Assembly: GCA_938084055.1 (NCBI GenBank)
Contig: CALKDK010000018.1
Coordinates: forward strand, 55,116-119,115
Direction of reading: 5' to 3'
Source: an uncultured Luminiphilus sp.
GTDB taxonomy: Bacteria; Pseudomonadota; Gammaproteobacteria; Pseudomonadales; Halieaceae
Length of the DNA: 64,000 bases
Of the stretch, positions 48,627 to 58,302 are shown in pieces. The notes beneath the pieces are model-generated. The model made no database searches. It had not been told where the DNA came from and saw only the letters and a program-made list of their open reading frames with translations. The translations under genes were made by a program, and so were the position numbers. Positions within the stretch are counted from its first letter, which is position 1. Every line of letters starts with the position of its first letter.

Positions 48627-49915
48627 CGCGGGCTCCCCAACCCGGTCAGCGCCTGGTAGGTCGCAACCTTCATGTCAAAGCGCAGGGCGTCGCCGTAGGG
48701 CGCTCCCATGACCTGCGTCATCAGGATGACGATGAGGTCTTCCTGGGGGTCGATCCAGAATTTGGTATTCGCGGCACCGCCCCAGGAGTAGGCACCTTGC
48801 GAAGAGATGACGCCCGTTTGGCCGGGCTCGGTGATGATCCCGAAGCCGAGCCCGAAGGACTGGCCGGGGTAGAGGTGGGAGTCGGGGTTTTCCTCGGCAC
48901 CCCGATTGCGGATGTCAGGGGTCAGGTGGTCCATGGTCATGAACTGCACGGTTTTTGGACCGAGGATGCGCACCCCTTTATAGCTGCCGCCCTGGCGCAG
49001 CATTTCGCAGAAAATCCAGTAGTCCCACGCCGTGGAAATCAGTCCGCCACCACCTGAGAACACCCTCACGCCGGTCACAGGCTGTGCCGAGTCAGGTGGA
49101 ATTGGCACGATGGTATGTGCCTCTGCCTGCCAGTAATGGTTGGCGGCGAGGCGCTCCAGCTTATCCTCGGGTACGTTGAAGAAGGTGTCCTGCATGCCCA
49201 GGGGTTCGAAGATCTGCGTCTGGAAAAATGCCTCCAGGGTCATGCCCGAGAGACGCTCCACCAGCACCCCGAGCACATCGGTCGCGACGCTGTAGTGGTA
49301 GCGTGTGCCCGGCTCATACCGCAGGGGCAGGGCGGACAGGCGGGTAATGAAATCTGCGCTGCTGGTGCTGTTGATGAGATCGGCATCCCGGTAGGCCTCG
49401 TCAACCGGGTCAGTGGGGTGCCAGCCGTAGCTCAGCCCAGCGGTATGGGTCATGAGTTGCTCAATGGTGATGGGCCCGGCCGGATCGACGAGCTTACCGT
49501 CGCGTAAAATCCTGATCCCGGCGAACTCGGGCAGGTAACGGTGCACGGGATCGCCGAGGTGAAAGGCGCCCGCCTCATAGAGCATCATCGCCGCCACCGT
49601 CGTCACGGGTTTGGTCATGGAATAAATACGGAACAGCGTGTCCGTTGCCATGGGCCGAGGGTCTGCAATGCCAAGGTTCCCCGCCGCAGCAAAATGCACC
49701 GGTGCTCCGTGCCGGGCAACGAGGGTGACGGCGCCGGACAGTTTGTTAGCGGCAATGTCCCTGCGCACAAAGGCAGTGATTTTCTCCAGCCGCTCGGGGG
49801 ACACCCCCATTTTTTTAACCCTCTCGGGGTCAAGATCAGCAGGCGCCTCGAGGGCAATGAGGCCGAGAAAAAGGCTGGCAATCAGTCCCAGTGTTTTCAG
49901 ATAGGGGTAGCTCAT
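48623..49915 (-). CDS. Exported serine hydrolase (class-C beta-lactamase-like esterase)
   Basis: Signal peptide; YSMTK (SxxK), LMTHTAGL, YHYS, WGGAA. Confidence 0.88.
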   Translation of the reverse strand: MSYPYLKTLGLIASLFLGLIALEAPADLDPERVKKMGVSPERLEKITAFVRRDIAANKLSGAVTLVARHGAPVHFAAAGNLGIADPRPMATDTLFRIYSMTKPVTTVAAMMLYEAGAFHLGDPVHRYLPEFAGIRILRDGKLVDPAGPITIEQLMTHTAGLSYGWHPTDPVDEAYRDADLINSTSSADFITRLSALPLRYEPGTRYHYSVATDVLGVLVERLSGMTLEAFFQTQIFEPLGMQDTFFNVPEDKLERLAANHYWQAEAHTIVPIPPDSAQPVTGVRVFSGGGGLISTAWDYWIFCEMLRQGGSYKGVRILGPKTVQFMTMDHLTPDIRNRGAEENPDSHLYPGQSFGLGFGIITEPGQTGVISSQGAYSWGGAANTKFWIDPQEDLIVILMTQVMGAPYGDALRFDMKVATYQALTGLGSPR

Positions 49916-50007
49916 GTGACGTGTCAGTGCTCCTGGAAAAAGTGCTGCTCGTTGCCGGATTGATCCGCCATAGGCTGAGCCATTGGCCAGCCGCAGGTTG
50001 CGGTACT

Positions 50008-51366
50008 TCAATGAATACGCACGGCCTGCCGCTTGAGTTCCTGCTGGATCTGGGCAACCGGTAAATCATTGAAATCCCGTTCCAGTTTGACCGCCAGTGC
50101 CGCGGCCACGCCCGCACCCTGCCCGGTAACGGTGCAGCACATCATATTGCGGGTGGCGGCATGGCTGACCCGATCCCCGCCGGTAATGCGACCCGCACAG
50201 ATCAGGTGCCGGACCCCTGTAGGTAGCAGCGTGCGGTAGGGCACCTGGAAGTAGCGCCCCGTCGTGGGCAGAATCAGGATGCCATAGCCGTCAATGAACT
50301 CAGGGAAGATGCCAATACTGTCCTCAAATCGACCCTGCTCCCGGACATCCTGTTCGGTCATGTTGTAGCGCGCATCAATTTTTCGCGTGTCGCGGACACC
50401 CAGCGTCATGCCAAAGTTGCGCAGCTTGGCGTCTTCGCAGCCCGGCATGAAACGTTTCAGGGCGTTTATGGCCATCATCGCCTGCTGGCGACCCTCCATC
50501 TCGCCCCGGGTAAGGTCATCGGGATTCGTGCCGTCATAGCCCAGCAGGTGCACCAGGTTGAGATAGGTGAGATCGCCGGTGTCGTAGATGGCACCCCAGG
50601 TGCCGGCAATGGTATCCAGGTTGTCGGGAATCAGGCCGTTTGCCCGGGCCTGCTCGAAGGGCTTGCGCAGGAAGGGGGAAAACATGTCGTCCTCTTTGCC
50701 CGAGGTTTCCACGGTCCACTGGCCATAGGCCCAGTCGCGGTAGGTCTGCGGATCGGCCTTAACCTGTTCGATAAAGCGCTTTTTGTTGACCCCTGACATG
50801 GAGAACATAACCGATGTGCCGATCATGTCCTCCGGGGCCTGCTTGATTGTGGGTGCACCGGCACGGTGCGCGACATCGCCGTCTCCCGTGGCGTCGACCA
50901 CCCTTTGGGCAAGAATGGCCTCGCGCCCCGCTTTGCTCTCGACAATGGCCCCGATCACCTGTTTCCCGTCCATCAGGGGGGCGACGAACAGTCGGTGCAG
51001 CATGGGTGTGACACCGGCCTCGGAGACGAGGGTATCCGCCACCCACTTGAATGCTTCGCCATCGATGGCGTGACTGTCAGACTGGGGTTCCTCCACAGCG
51101 GCACCGGCAGCAATAGCCCGTTCCTCGAACTCAATGCCCAGTCCTTCGCTGTCGATGGTCTGCTCGTGGCGATACCAGGCAAACCCTTCCACGCCCACCG
51201 CTGTGATGTTGCCGCCGAAGCAGCCAAAGCGTTCCAGCAGGGTCACCTTGACACCCGCCCGGGCGGCAGCGAGGGCGGCGGCGAGACCCCCGGGGCCCGA
51301 ACCCACCACGAGCACCTCTGTTTCATGGACAACGGGTATTTGCCTCGCGGGCTCATCAATATGCAT
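50008..51366 (-). CDS. FAD-dependent oxidoreductase (FAD_oxidored/GidA-like family)
   Basis: VVGSGPGG..AARAG, VDATGDGD, GVRDTR, VPYRTLLP, AGR, TGQGAG. Confidence 0.88.
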   Translation of the reverse strand: MHIDEPARQIPVVHETEVLVVGSGPGGLAAALAAARAGVKVTLLERFGCFGGNITAVGVEGFAWYRHEQTIDSEGLGIEFEERAIAAGAAVEEPQSDSHAIDGEAFKWVADTLVSEAGVTPMLHRLFVAPLMDGKQVIGAIVESKAGREAILAQRVVDATGDGDVAHRAGAPTIKQAPEDMIGTSVMFSMSGVNKKRFIEQVKADPQTYRDWAYGQWTVETSGKEDDMFSPFLRKPFEQARANGLIPDNLDTIAGTWGAIYDTGDLTYLNLVHLLGYDGTNPDDLTRGEMEGRQQAMMAINALKRFMPGCEDAKLRNFGMTLGVRDTRKIDARYNMTEQDVREQGRFEDSIGIFPEFIDGYGILILPTTGRYFQVPYRTLLPTGVRHLICAGRITGGDRVSHAATRNMMCCTVTGQGAGVAAALAVKLERDFNDLPVAQIQQELKRQAVRIH

Positions 51367-51698
51367 GGCGCGTTATCCCTCTGTTCGATGGTGCTTACCC
51401 GGCCGGTCGCCAGCCACTGGGTGCGCGGTCCCGGCCCGAATGCTACACGTTTTTTCGAGTTCTGGCGGGCTCCGGCTCGCGTTGCCCAAGCGGGTGGGGC
51501 CATCTGCTGATGTCCCTTCCCGGAAGGGTCGGTGGGTCCCAGGCAGGGTGATGGTCAAAATGGAGGGGACGCAGCGATTGATTTCACACCCGCATTGGGT
51601 TTAGATCAAGCTATAAAAGAAAGGCGACTGAGTTCGCTGCCAAAAAAAACCGTTTTGGCCCGGCGCCCTGCACGCTGGCACTACAGGGGGAGTACGAC

Positions 51699-54137
51699 AT
51701 GATGTTCAAGAACTATCCAATTCAAAATACCACCCATTTGCGGCGCGGCAGCCGTCCGCTCGCCATAGCTGTTGCTGCGGCCTGCGGGACGGTGGGTGTG
51801 GCCGGGATCACCTTGCCCGGTGTCGCCCAGGCGCAGATCGAAGAAGTGGTGGTCACGGCAACCCGGCGTGCCGAGAGCGTCCAGGAAGTGCCGATGAGTG
51901 TCTCGGTACTGGGTGAAACCCAGCTCCAGGACCTGAACATTACGGATATGGAAGACTATCTGATGATGCTGCCCAACGTCAGCTACGTGACCCTGGGTCC
52001 GGGCTCCGGCAACATCTACATCCGCGGTATCTCCAGTGGTGGTGAGAGCACCCTGGGGGCCAACCCCAGCGTTGCGGTGTACCTGGATGAGCAGCCCGTA
52101 ACCCTGGTAGGTAACTACCTCAACCCGCATATTTACGACGTCAACCGGATTGAGGTCCTGGCCGGGCCCCAGGGCACAACCTTTGGTGCCAATGCCCAGT
52201 CAGGTGCCATGCGCATCATCACCAACCAGCCCGAGATCGGCGAGACCGCCGGCGGACTGAACCTCGACGTCAGCCAGACCAAAAGCGGCGATCCCAGCTA
52301 CCGGGCCGAGGGTTTCATCAACATCCCCATGGGTGAGCGGGCGGCGCTCAGACTGACGGGTTATTACAAACACGACGGTGGCTACATCGACAACGTGCCG
52401 GGAACTCATACCTTCAAGCGTGGCTACATACGCGCTGGCCTGCCCGAGGGCAGCCCACTGCGGGATGTCGCGGCAGACTTTGTTGCCAGCAATGCCGATG
52501 TGGTTGAAGAGAATTTCAATGAGGCCACTACCTTCGGTGGACGCGCAGCACTGCGGGTGGACCTCACCGACAGCTGGACACTGACGGCCACGGCGATGAT
52601 GCAGGACCTTGATCGCGAGGGTGTCTGGGACCACGACCCCACTGTAGGCGACCTGCAGGTGATGGTTTTGCTCCCTGAATTCGCTACTGACAAGTGGGAG
52701 CAATTCTCAGCGAAGATAGAGGGCGAACTGTGGGGCGGTACCCTGACCGCTACGGCTGCCGACCTGTCCCGGGATATTGAGGTCTATGCCGACTACTCGC
52801 TCTACAGCGACTACTACGTGTCCTACGGTTATGTTGACCCGTACTACAACTGCTATGTCAGCTACTTCCAAACCTGTGGTGACCCTCGTGAACAGTTCAC
52901 TCAGGAGAGCAAGCAGGATCGACAGAATTTCGAAATTCGCTACGCCTCCGATCCCGACAAACGTTTCCGCTACATGTTGGGCTTTTACTATGTGGACGTA
53001 GAAGGCACCAATGACTACGAGTGGCACGTGCTGGGTCTGGAGGAGACGCCGCAGGCCGCGGTGGATGCTCCGGATATTTACTGGACGACCGACTTCGAGC
53101 GACTGTACGAGGAGACGGCGATTTTCGGTGAGGTATCTTTTGACATCACTGATCGCTTGACCCTGACCGGTAGTGCGCGCCAGTTTGACTATGAAAGTAC
53201 CCTTGACGGCTTTTCCGGAACCATCTGGTGGCCCTGTGGCGGCTTTGGGCCCCAGGGCAATAGACCCGAGAGTAACTACGGTGACGACTGTGCCTCGGCT
53301 GGCCGCGTGACCGAGAGCAAAGATGAGGTCTACCGGGTGTCCGCCGACTGGCAGATCACCGACGACATCATGCTCTATTCCACCTGGGGTGAAGGCTATC
53401 GACCGGGGGGTCTGAACCGTTTCTGCCAGACCCGTATCCCTGATGGCCTGCCCGGGCAGGGCCAAATCAACATCGGTTGTGAGTTCACCTCAGACTTCCT
53501 GACGGCTGTTGAAGTGGGCGTCAAGTCTGAGTTGTTTGGTGGTCGGCTCCGCCTGAATGCAGCGGCATTCTGGCAGGACTGGGAGGATTTCCAGTTCTCC
53601 CGTCTGGATACGTCCATCTCGCCCATTACCCTGACCTACAACGTGGGGAATGCGGAAAGTAATGGATTTGAGTTCGACTTCTCGGCCATGATTACCGATA
53701 ACTGGAGCCTCAGCGGTGCAGCGAGCTTCCTTGACTCAACCCTGGCTTCGGATTACCGGCGCAATCCCAGCAGCCCGGAGCCCGATGCGTCCGCCGGTTC
53801 GGATCTGCCCAGGGTTCCCGACGTAAAATGGAACCTGTCGACCCGCTACACGTTTATGCAGGACTGGTTCGTGCAGGCGGCTTACATGTACACCGGCAAG
53901 TCGTACAACACCCTGTTTGATGGGGGTTCTGCCCAGAATGAGCTGCGAGTTCAGCCCGCTTATGACGTCCTCAACAGTTCAATCGGACTGCAGAAGGAGA
54001 CCTGGACTGCAGAGCTGTACGTCCAGAACATGACCGACGAGCGCGGTGTGGTTTGGATCAATGCTGTGAACTGGGATTCACGGGAGCAGGTTAACCAACC
54101 CCGCAGTATCGGTTTCCGATGGCGTCAAACCTTCTGA
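51699..54137 (+). CDS. TonB-dependent receptor (TBDR2)
   Basis: Signal peptide AQA-Q, IEEVVVTA TonB box, YLDEQP, RIEVLAGPQGTTFG, C-terminal QPRSIGFRWRQTF. Confidence 0.95.
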   Translation: MMFKNYPIQNTTHLRRGSRPLAIAVAAACGTVGVAGITLPGVAQAQIEEVVVTATRRAESVQEVPMSVSVLGETQLQDLNITDMEDYLMMLPNVSYVTLGPGSGNIYIRGISSGGESTLGANPSVAVYLDEQPVTLVGNYLNPHIYDVNRIEVLAGPQGTTFGANAQSGAMRIITNQPEIGETAGGLNLDVSQTKSGDPSYRAEGFINIPMGERAALRLTGYYKHDGGYIDNVPGTHTFKRGYIRAGLPEGSPLRDVAADFVASNADVVEENFNEATTFGGRAALRVDLTDSWTLTATAMMQDLDREGVWDHDPTVGDLQVMVLLPEFATDKWEQFSAKIEGELWGGTLTATAADLSRDIEVYADYSLYSDYYVSYGYVDPYYNCYVSYFQTCGDPREQFTQESKQDRQNFEIRYASDPDKRFRYMLGFYYVDVEGTNDYEWHVLGLEETPQAAVDAPDIYWTTDFERLYEETAIFGEVSFDITDRLTLTGSARQFDYESTLDGFSGTIWWPCGGFGPQGNRPESNYGDDCASAGRVTESKDEVYRVSADWQITDDIMLYSTWGEGYRPGGLNRFCQTRIPDGLPGQGQINIGCEFTSDFLTAVEVGVKSELFGGRLRLNAAAFWQDWEDFQFSRLDTSISPITLTYNVGNAESNGFEFDFSAMITDNWSLSGAASFLDSTLASDYRRNPSSPEPDASAGSDLPRVPDVKWNLSTRYTFMQDWFVQAAYMYTGKSYNTLFDGGSAQNELRVQPAYDVLNSSIGLQKETWTAELYVQNMTDERGVVWINAVNWDSREQVNQPRSIGFRWRQTF

Positions 54138-54162
54138 AGCCCGAGTGAATAACCGGTCCACG

Positions 54163-54188
54163 AAAGGGCGTCCCTGGGGACGCCCTTT
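54163..54188. terminator. Strong hairpin (terminator or attenuator) between TBDR2 and the sulfotransferase
   Basis: AAAGGGCGTCCC-TG-GGGACGCCCTTT inverted repeat. Confidence 0.8.
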
Positions 54189-54255
54189 GCGTTGCTGCGA
54201 CCTCAGTCGCATACTCGCCCTATGCGTCTGACCCGGTAAGCCGGCACACCTTTTT

Positions 54256-56226
54256 ATGACCTCAATCGAGCCCCTTTTTCAGCAGGCACGTGCGGCCCTA
54301 CGTGACCAGAACCCGGAGCTGGCCCGGGATCTCTGTGAACAGGCCCGGGCGCTGGACCCTGATGATCCCCGACTGATCCTGGTGCACGGTTTTGCCCTGC
54401 GCCGCTGCGGCGATTATCCGGCGGCCGAGCCTTTGCTGCGCCGGGTTCTGGAGGCGGACCCTCAACTGGAGCCGGCTCACCATGAACTGGCTTTGGCGCT
54501 GCGCGGGCTGGGACGGCTCAGCGCGGCGAGAAAATCCCTGGAGCGGGCCGTTGAGCTCAGGCCGGATTTTGCAGCAGCGTGGCGCGATCTTTACGAGGTT
54601 TGCGCCGCCGAGGGCGATGACCCCGCCGCCGCCGAGGCCTACCGGCAAATGCTGCGCCAAAAGGGGCTCGACCCCCTGCTGCAGAAAGCCCTTGACCTGG
54701 TCAGTGCGGGTCGCCTGGGTGTCGCTGAAGGCATTTGCCGGGAGTATCTCAAGCGCCGCCCCCATGATGTAGATGCCATTCGGCTGTTTGCGGAAATTGG
54801 AATCGCCCTGGGTGTCCTCGATGAGGCGATTGCCTTACTAGAGCGCTGCCTTGATTTGGCACCGGATTTCCACATTGCCCGTGCCAACTATGTGACGGCC
54901 CTGGCCCGGCACCAGGAATTCGCCAGGGCGTTGGCAGAGAACGCGAAGTTGCGCGCAAAGCAGCCCGACCAACTGACCCATCAGGTACAGTACGCGGCGG
55001 TGCTGGCCATGGCTGGACGTTTTCAGGAGGCCCATGAGCGGTACGAAGAGGTTCTGAAGACCGTGCCCGATAATGCGGGCATCCTGACCAGTTACGGACA
55101 TGCGCTGCGTTATGGCGGCCGGGGTGATGATGCGGCTGCTGCCTACCGGCGGGCCATCGCATCGGACCCGGGGGCGGGTGAGGCCTACTGGAGCCTCGCG
55201 AACCTGAAGACGGTCTCTTTTGATGACGCCACGGTCGCCGCGATGCGCCGCGAGTATGACGCCATCGACCGTCCGGGCCCCAACCAATACCACCTCGCCT
55301 TTGCCCTTGGTAAGGCGCACGAGGATCGCGGTGACTACACCGCCTCCTTTCAGGCTTACAACGAGGGCAACTCGATCAAACGGGCCTTCAGCGCCTACGA
55401 TCCCAAAGACACCGGAGAACGCGTTGACGCAATGATCGCGCATTGCCACTCAGATTTGCTAAACGTCGCGGGGCATCCCTCCGATGCCCCGATCTTTATC
55501 CTCGGTCTGCCCAGGGCCGGATCCACGCTTCTCGAGCAGATCCTCGCCAGTCATTCCGAGGTTGAAGCCACTGCTGAGCTGCCCTTTATAGGGCGTATCG
55601 CGAGCGATCTCTCCGGGCGGCGCAAGCGCTCAGAGGAAAACCTGTACCCCCGGGTGCTACAAGATCTCTCGGCCGACGAACGTGTGGCGCTGGGTCAGCA
55701 GTACCTCGACCGGGCGGCCAGCTATCGTACGGACAAACCGCGATTTATCGACAAGCTACCCAATAACTGGCTGCACATTGGCCTGATCAAGACCATCCTG
55801 CCCAATGCGACCATCATTGATGCCCGCCGCCATCCCATGGCGGCCTGCTTCGCCAACTTCAAGCAGTTGTTCGCCCGTGGCCAGGAATTCACCTACGGGT
55901 TGGATGAGATCGGCGATTACTACGCCGACTACCTGCGTTTGATGGCCCACTGGCACGAGGTTTTTCCCGGCGGTGTGCTTACCGTTCAGTATGAAGAGGT
56001 GGTTCAGGATCTGGAGTCCCAGGTGCACAGCCTGCTGGATCACTGTGGCCTCAATTTTGAAGAGGCCTGTCTGCGCTACTACGAGCAGGATCGGGCCGTG
56101 CGGACTGCCAGTTCAGAACAGGTCCGCCAGCCCATCTATCGCGATGCCCTGGCGCTCTGGGAGCACTATCGAGCCCACCTTGAACCCCTCGAGACCCTGC
56201 TCAGAGCCAAAGGAGTTTCCTGGTGA
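54256..56226 (+). CDS. TPR-repeat sulfotransferase (TPST/Sulfotransfer_3-like), ST2
   Basis: TPR repeats; IFILGLPRAGSTLLEQIL, DKLPNN, RRHPMA, VRTASSEQVRQPIY. Confidence 0.92.
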   Translation: MTSIEPLFQQARAALRDQNPELARDLCEQARALDPDDPRLILVHGFALRRCGDYPAAEPLLRRVLEADPQLEPAHHELALALRGLGRLSAARKSLERAVELRPDFAAAWRDLYEVCAAEGDDPAAAEAYRQMLRQKGLDPLLQKALDLVSAGRLGVAEGICREYLKRRPHDVDAIRLFAEIGIALGVLDEAIALLERCLDLAPDFHIARANYVTALARHQEFARALAENAKLRAKQPDQLTHQVQYAAVLAMAGRFQEAHERYEEVLKTVPDNAGILTSYGHALRYGGRGDDAAAAYRRAIASDPGAGEAYWSLANLKTVSFDDATVAAMRREYDAIDRPGPNQYHLAFALGKAHEDRGDYTASFQAYNEGNSIKRAFSAYDPKDTGERVDAMIAHCHSDLLNVAGHPSDAPIFILGLPRAGSTLLEQILASHSEVEATAELPFIGRIASDLSGRRKRSEENLYPRVLQDLSADERVALGQQYLDRAASYRTDKPRFIDKLPNNWLHIGLIKTILPNATIIDARRHPMAACFANFKQLFARGQEFTYGLDEIGDYYADYLRLMAHWHEVFPGGVLTVQYEEVVQDLESQVHSLLDHCGLNFEEACLRYYEQDRAVRTASSEQVRQPIYRDALALWEHYRAHLEPLETLLRAKGVSW

Positions 56227-56354
56227 TCCCGAGCCTCCAACCCTAAAAGTTCAATCAACACGGCCACCGGGTCGGTTGTCCACTCGCCTTCGGGTCACCA
56301 AAGTGCCGGACTGGTCTGCACCCGGGCCCCGGGGGCTTTAGCCAATCGGTTCAG

Positions 56355-57419
56355 TCAGGGTCGGGGTAGGGGTGGTCCTACAGGCCGTGTCGACGCGTAG
56401 TCTAGCCCCAGGAGTTGAGCCACCGTACTGGCGATCTGGTCCTGACCCACCTCAGCCGTGTTACGTGCTTCCCCATGGGCCTTGACCCCTGGACCCAGGA
56501 GGGCAATCCAAATCTGTTCGGCACCCTCGAGACCTGCTTCATGGTCGGTCCAGCGCGACCCGGAACCCCGTCCGTGATCGGTGGTAATGACAAAGGTTGT
56601 TCGGTCCCGGTATCGCGGGTCACTCTGCACAAAGGTCCACAGGTCCCGAACAAAACCATCAGCGCGGTGGGCGGCATCCAGATAATGGTGGTACTCGGCA
56701 TCGTGGGCAAAGTCATCGGTTTCCCCGTAGCCAACATAGAGCAACCGTGGGCTCGAGTGACGCAGATATTCCAGGGCGTAGTGATGGGTAAAGACGTCCA
56801 GCCGCACACTGTGCCAGGGGGAGGGCGTTTGCGCCTGAATCTCGTTGAGCCATTCCTCGCGCTCCGTACGAGGTTCCTGAACGCCCTCAAATCCCGCGTT
56901 GACGGGCACATTACTGCGTTCCTCGTTGATGATATAGGGGAAGACGTCCCAGGAGGCAAACGCCGCCACCCGCCCCTCAAACCCCGGCTGGCGGTTAACC
57001 CACTCCAGCACCGTTACGTTGCGATTGGGGACCTTGGCATTGCTGTCGATGCTGGGATCTGCGGCTCCGGTCAGGATCTCATTGTAGCCCGGATAGGAGA
57101 ACAGCCTGCCGTTGCGCACAGCGGCCGGACTGGCCAGGGCGCGGTTGCCATAGATCACACCTTCGGTGGCGATGGTGTCCCAGAAAAAAGGCATCAGCGT
57201 GCTGCGGCGCTCCGCCGCGGTATCACGCCACCAGCGTTTGACTGTCTGCTCGGGGTCACGTGTGTAACGGGCATCGCGAATGAGTTCGGTATCGGCGCCG
57301 CTGAACAACTCCTGCCAGCGTAGGCCATCGAGGGTAATCAGGACGACATTATCCGCGCTGCGCGCCGGGTGGGAGAAGGCCGTCAGAAGCAGTAGCAGGG
57401 GTATTAGTGTGTTACGCAT
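56355..57419 (-). CDS. Exported alkaline-phosphatase-superfamily protein
   Basis: Signal peptide; ITLDGLRWQE, FSYPGY, ETDDFAH, TTDHGRG, DH. Confidence 0.85.
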   Translation of the reverse strand: MRNTLIPLLLLLTAFSHPARSADNVVLITLDGLRWQELFSGADTELIRDARYTRDPEQTVKRWWRDTAAERRSTLMPFFWDTIATEGVIYGNRALASPAAVRNGRLFSYPGYNEILTGAADPSIDSNAKVPNRNVTVLEWVNRQPGFEGRVAAFASWDVFPYIINEERSNVPVNAGFEGVQEPRTEREEWLNEIQAQTPSPWHSVRLDVFTHHYALEYLRHSSPRLLYVGYGETDDFAHDAEYHHYLDAAHRADGFVRDLWTFVQSDPRYRDRTTFVITTDHGRGSGSRWTDHEAGLEGAEQIWIALLGPGVKAHGEARNTAEVGQDQIASTVAQLLGLDYASTRPVGPPLPRP

Positions 57420-57509
57420 GGTGAGCCCTCCGGAGCCAGCCCGTTAAATTTATCGATCCAGTGCTGCCTGATGAATATGGCTGGCGGGTGGCTCTGGCGT
57501 CTTCAGTTT

Positions 57510-58040
57510 TTATTGCGTCCCAACCGTCGCTTCGGCGCGCTGTGTCTGCTCGCCCACCTCGGCGGCAATGCTGTTGGGGACCAGCATGGTGAGGGCGTAG
57601 TGGGCGATACGCCAACCCGCTGGCGTTCGGATGACCACCCCCGTGCCGCGGCAGTGACCCAGTTTTTCATTGTGCAGCACTTCATCGAACCAGCGCGTAT
57701 CCCCCGTACCCTCGATGTGGCGCGCCACCCTGTGATAGGTCCAACCGCGGCCCGCTTCGAATACCGGTGCAGCGTAAGCTTTGAACTGCGCCATGGTCCA
57801 GCGCTCGCTGCGATCGGTCCCGAGGAAAATGGCGTCGGGGGTGAAGCGCGAAAAATAGTCGGCAAACCGAGCCTGTGCGGCGTCACCGTGCAAGCCGTCG
57901 AGCAGTGCGTGAATGGCGGCCTCGTCCTGCGCCCTGTTCTCGCTCCCGGTCTGCGCCATTGCGGACAGGCATAGCAGCATGAGTAAACCGAATAATGTGA
58001 CCGGGCGCGTCACGGCATGGTGGGTGCGGTTGTTGTGCAT
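57510..58040 (-). CDS. Exported SnoaL/NTF2-like protein
   Basis: GAGGA RBS before ATG 58040; signal peptide; FLGTDRSERW, WFDEVL, CRGTGV, WRIAHY. Confidence 0.8.
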   Translation of the reverse strand: MHNNRTHHAVTRPVTLFGLLMLLCLSAMAQTGSENRAQDEAAIHALLDGLHGDAAQARFADYFSRFTPDAIFLGTDRSERWTMAQFKAYAAPVFEAGRGWTYHRVARHIEGTGDTRWFDEVLHNEKLGHCRGTGVVIRTPAGWRIAHYALTMLVPNSIAAEVGEQTQRAEATVGTQ

Positions 58041-58302
58041 GGCGGTTGGTGGTTCCTCAGGGTGGTGGGTCTGCCCGGGAGCAGCAGGGCTGTTGGTTGG
58101 CGACAGCATCGCGCCGACTGCCCACAGTCTATGGGAAGTTTTGTCCCTTGTGTCGACTGGCAACCGATTGCGTATGGTAACCACAGTCCGGGTGGTGCTC
58201 CAATCGCACCCGGTGGAGGGGTTGCCAGATCGCACCGGCCGGTTAGGCTGGGATCTCACGACCCGCCTTGGGCGGCTGCCGGGAAGATGTCGGGAGGGGT
58301 GT

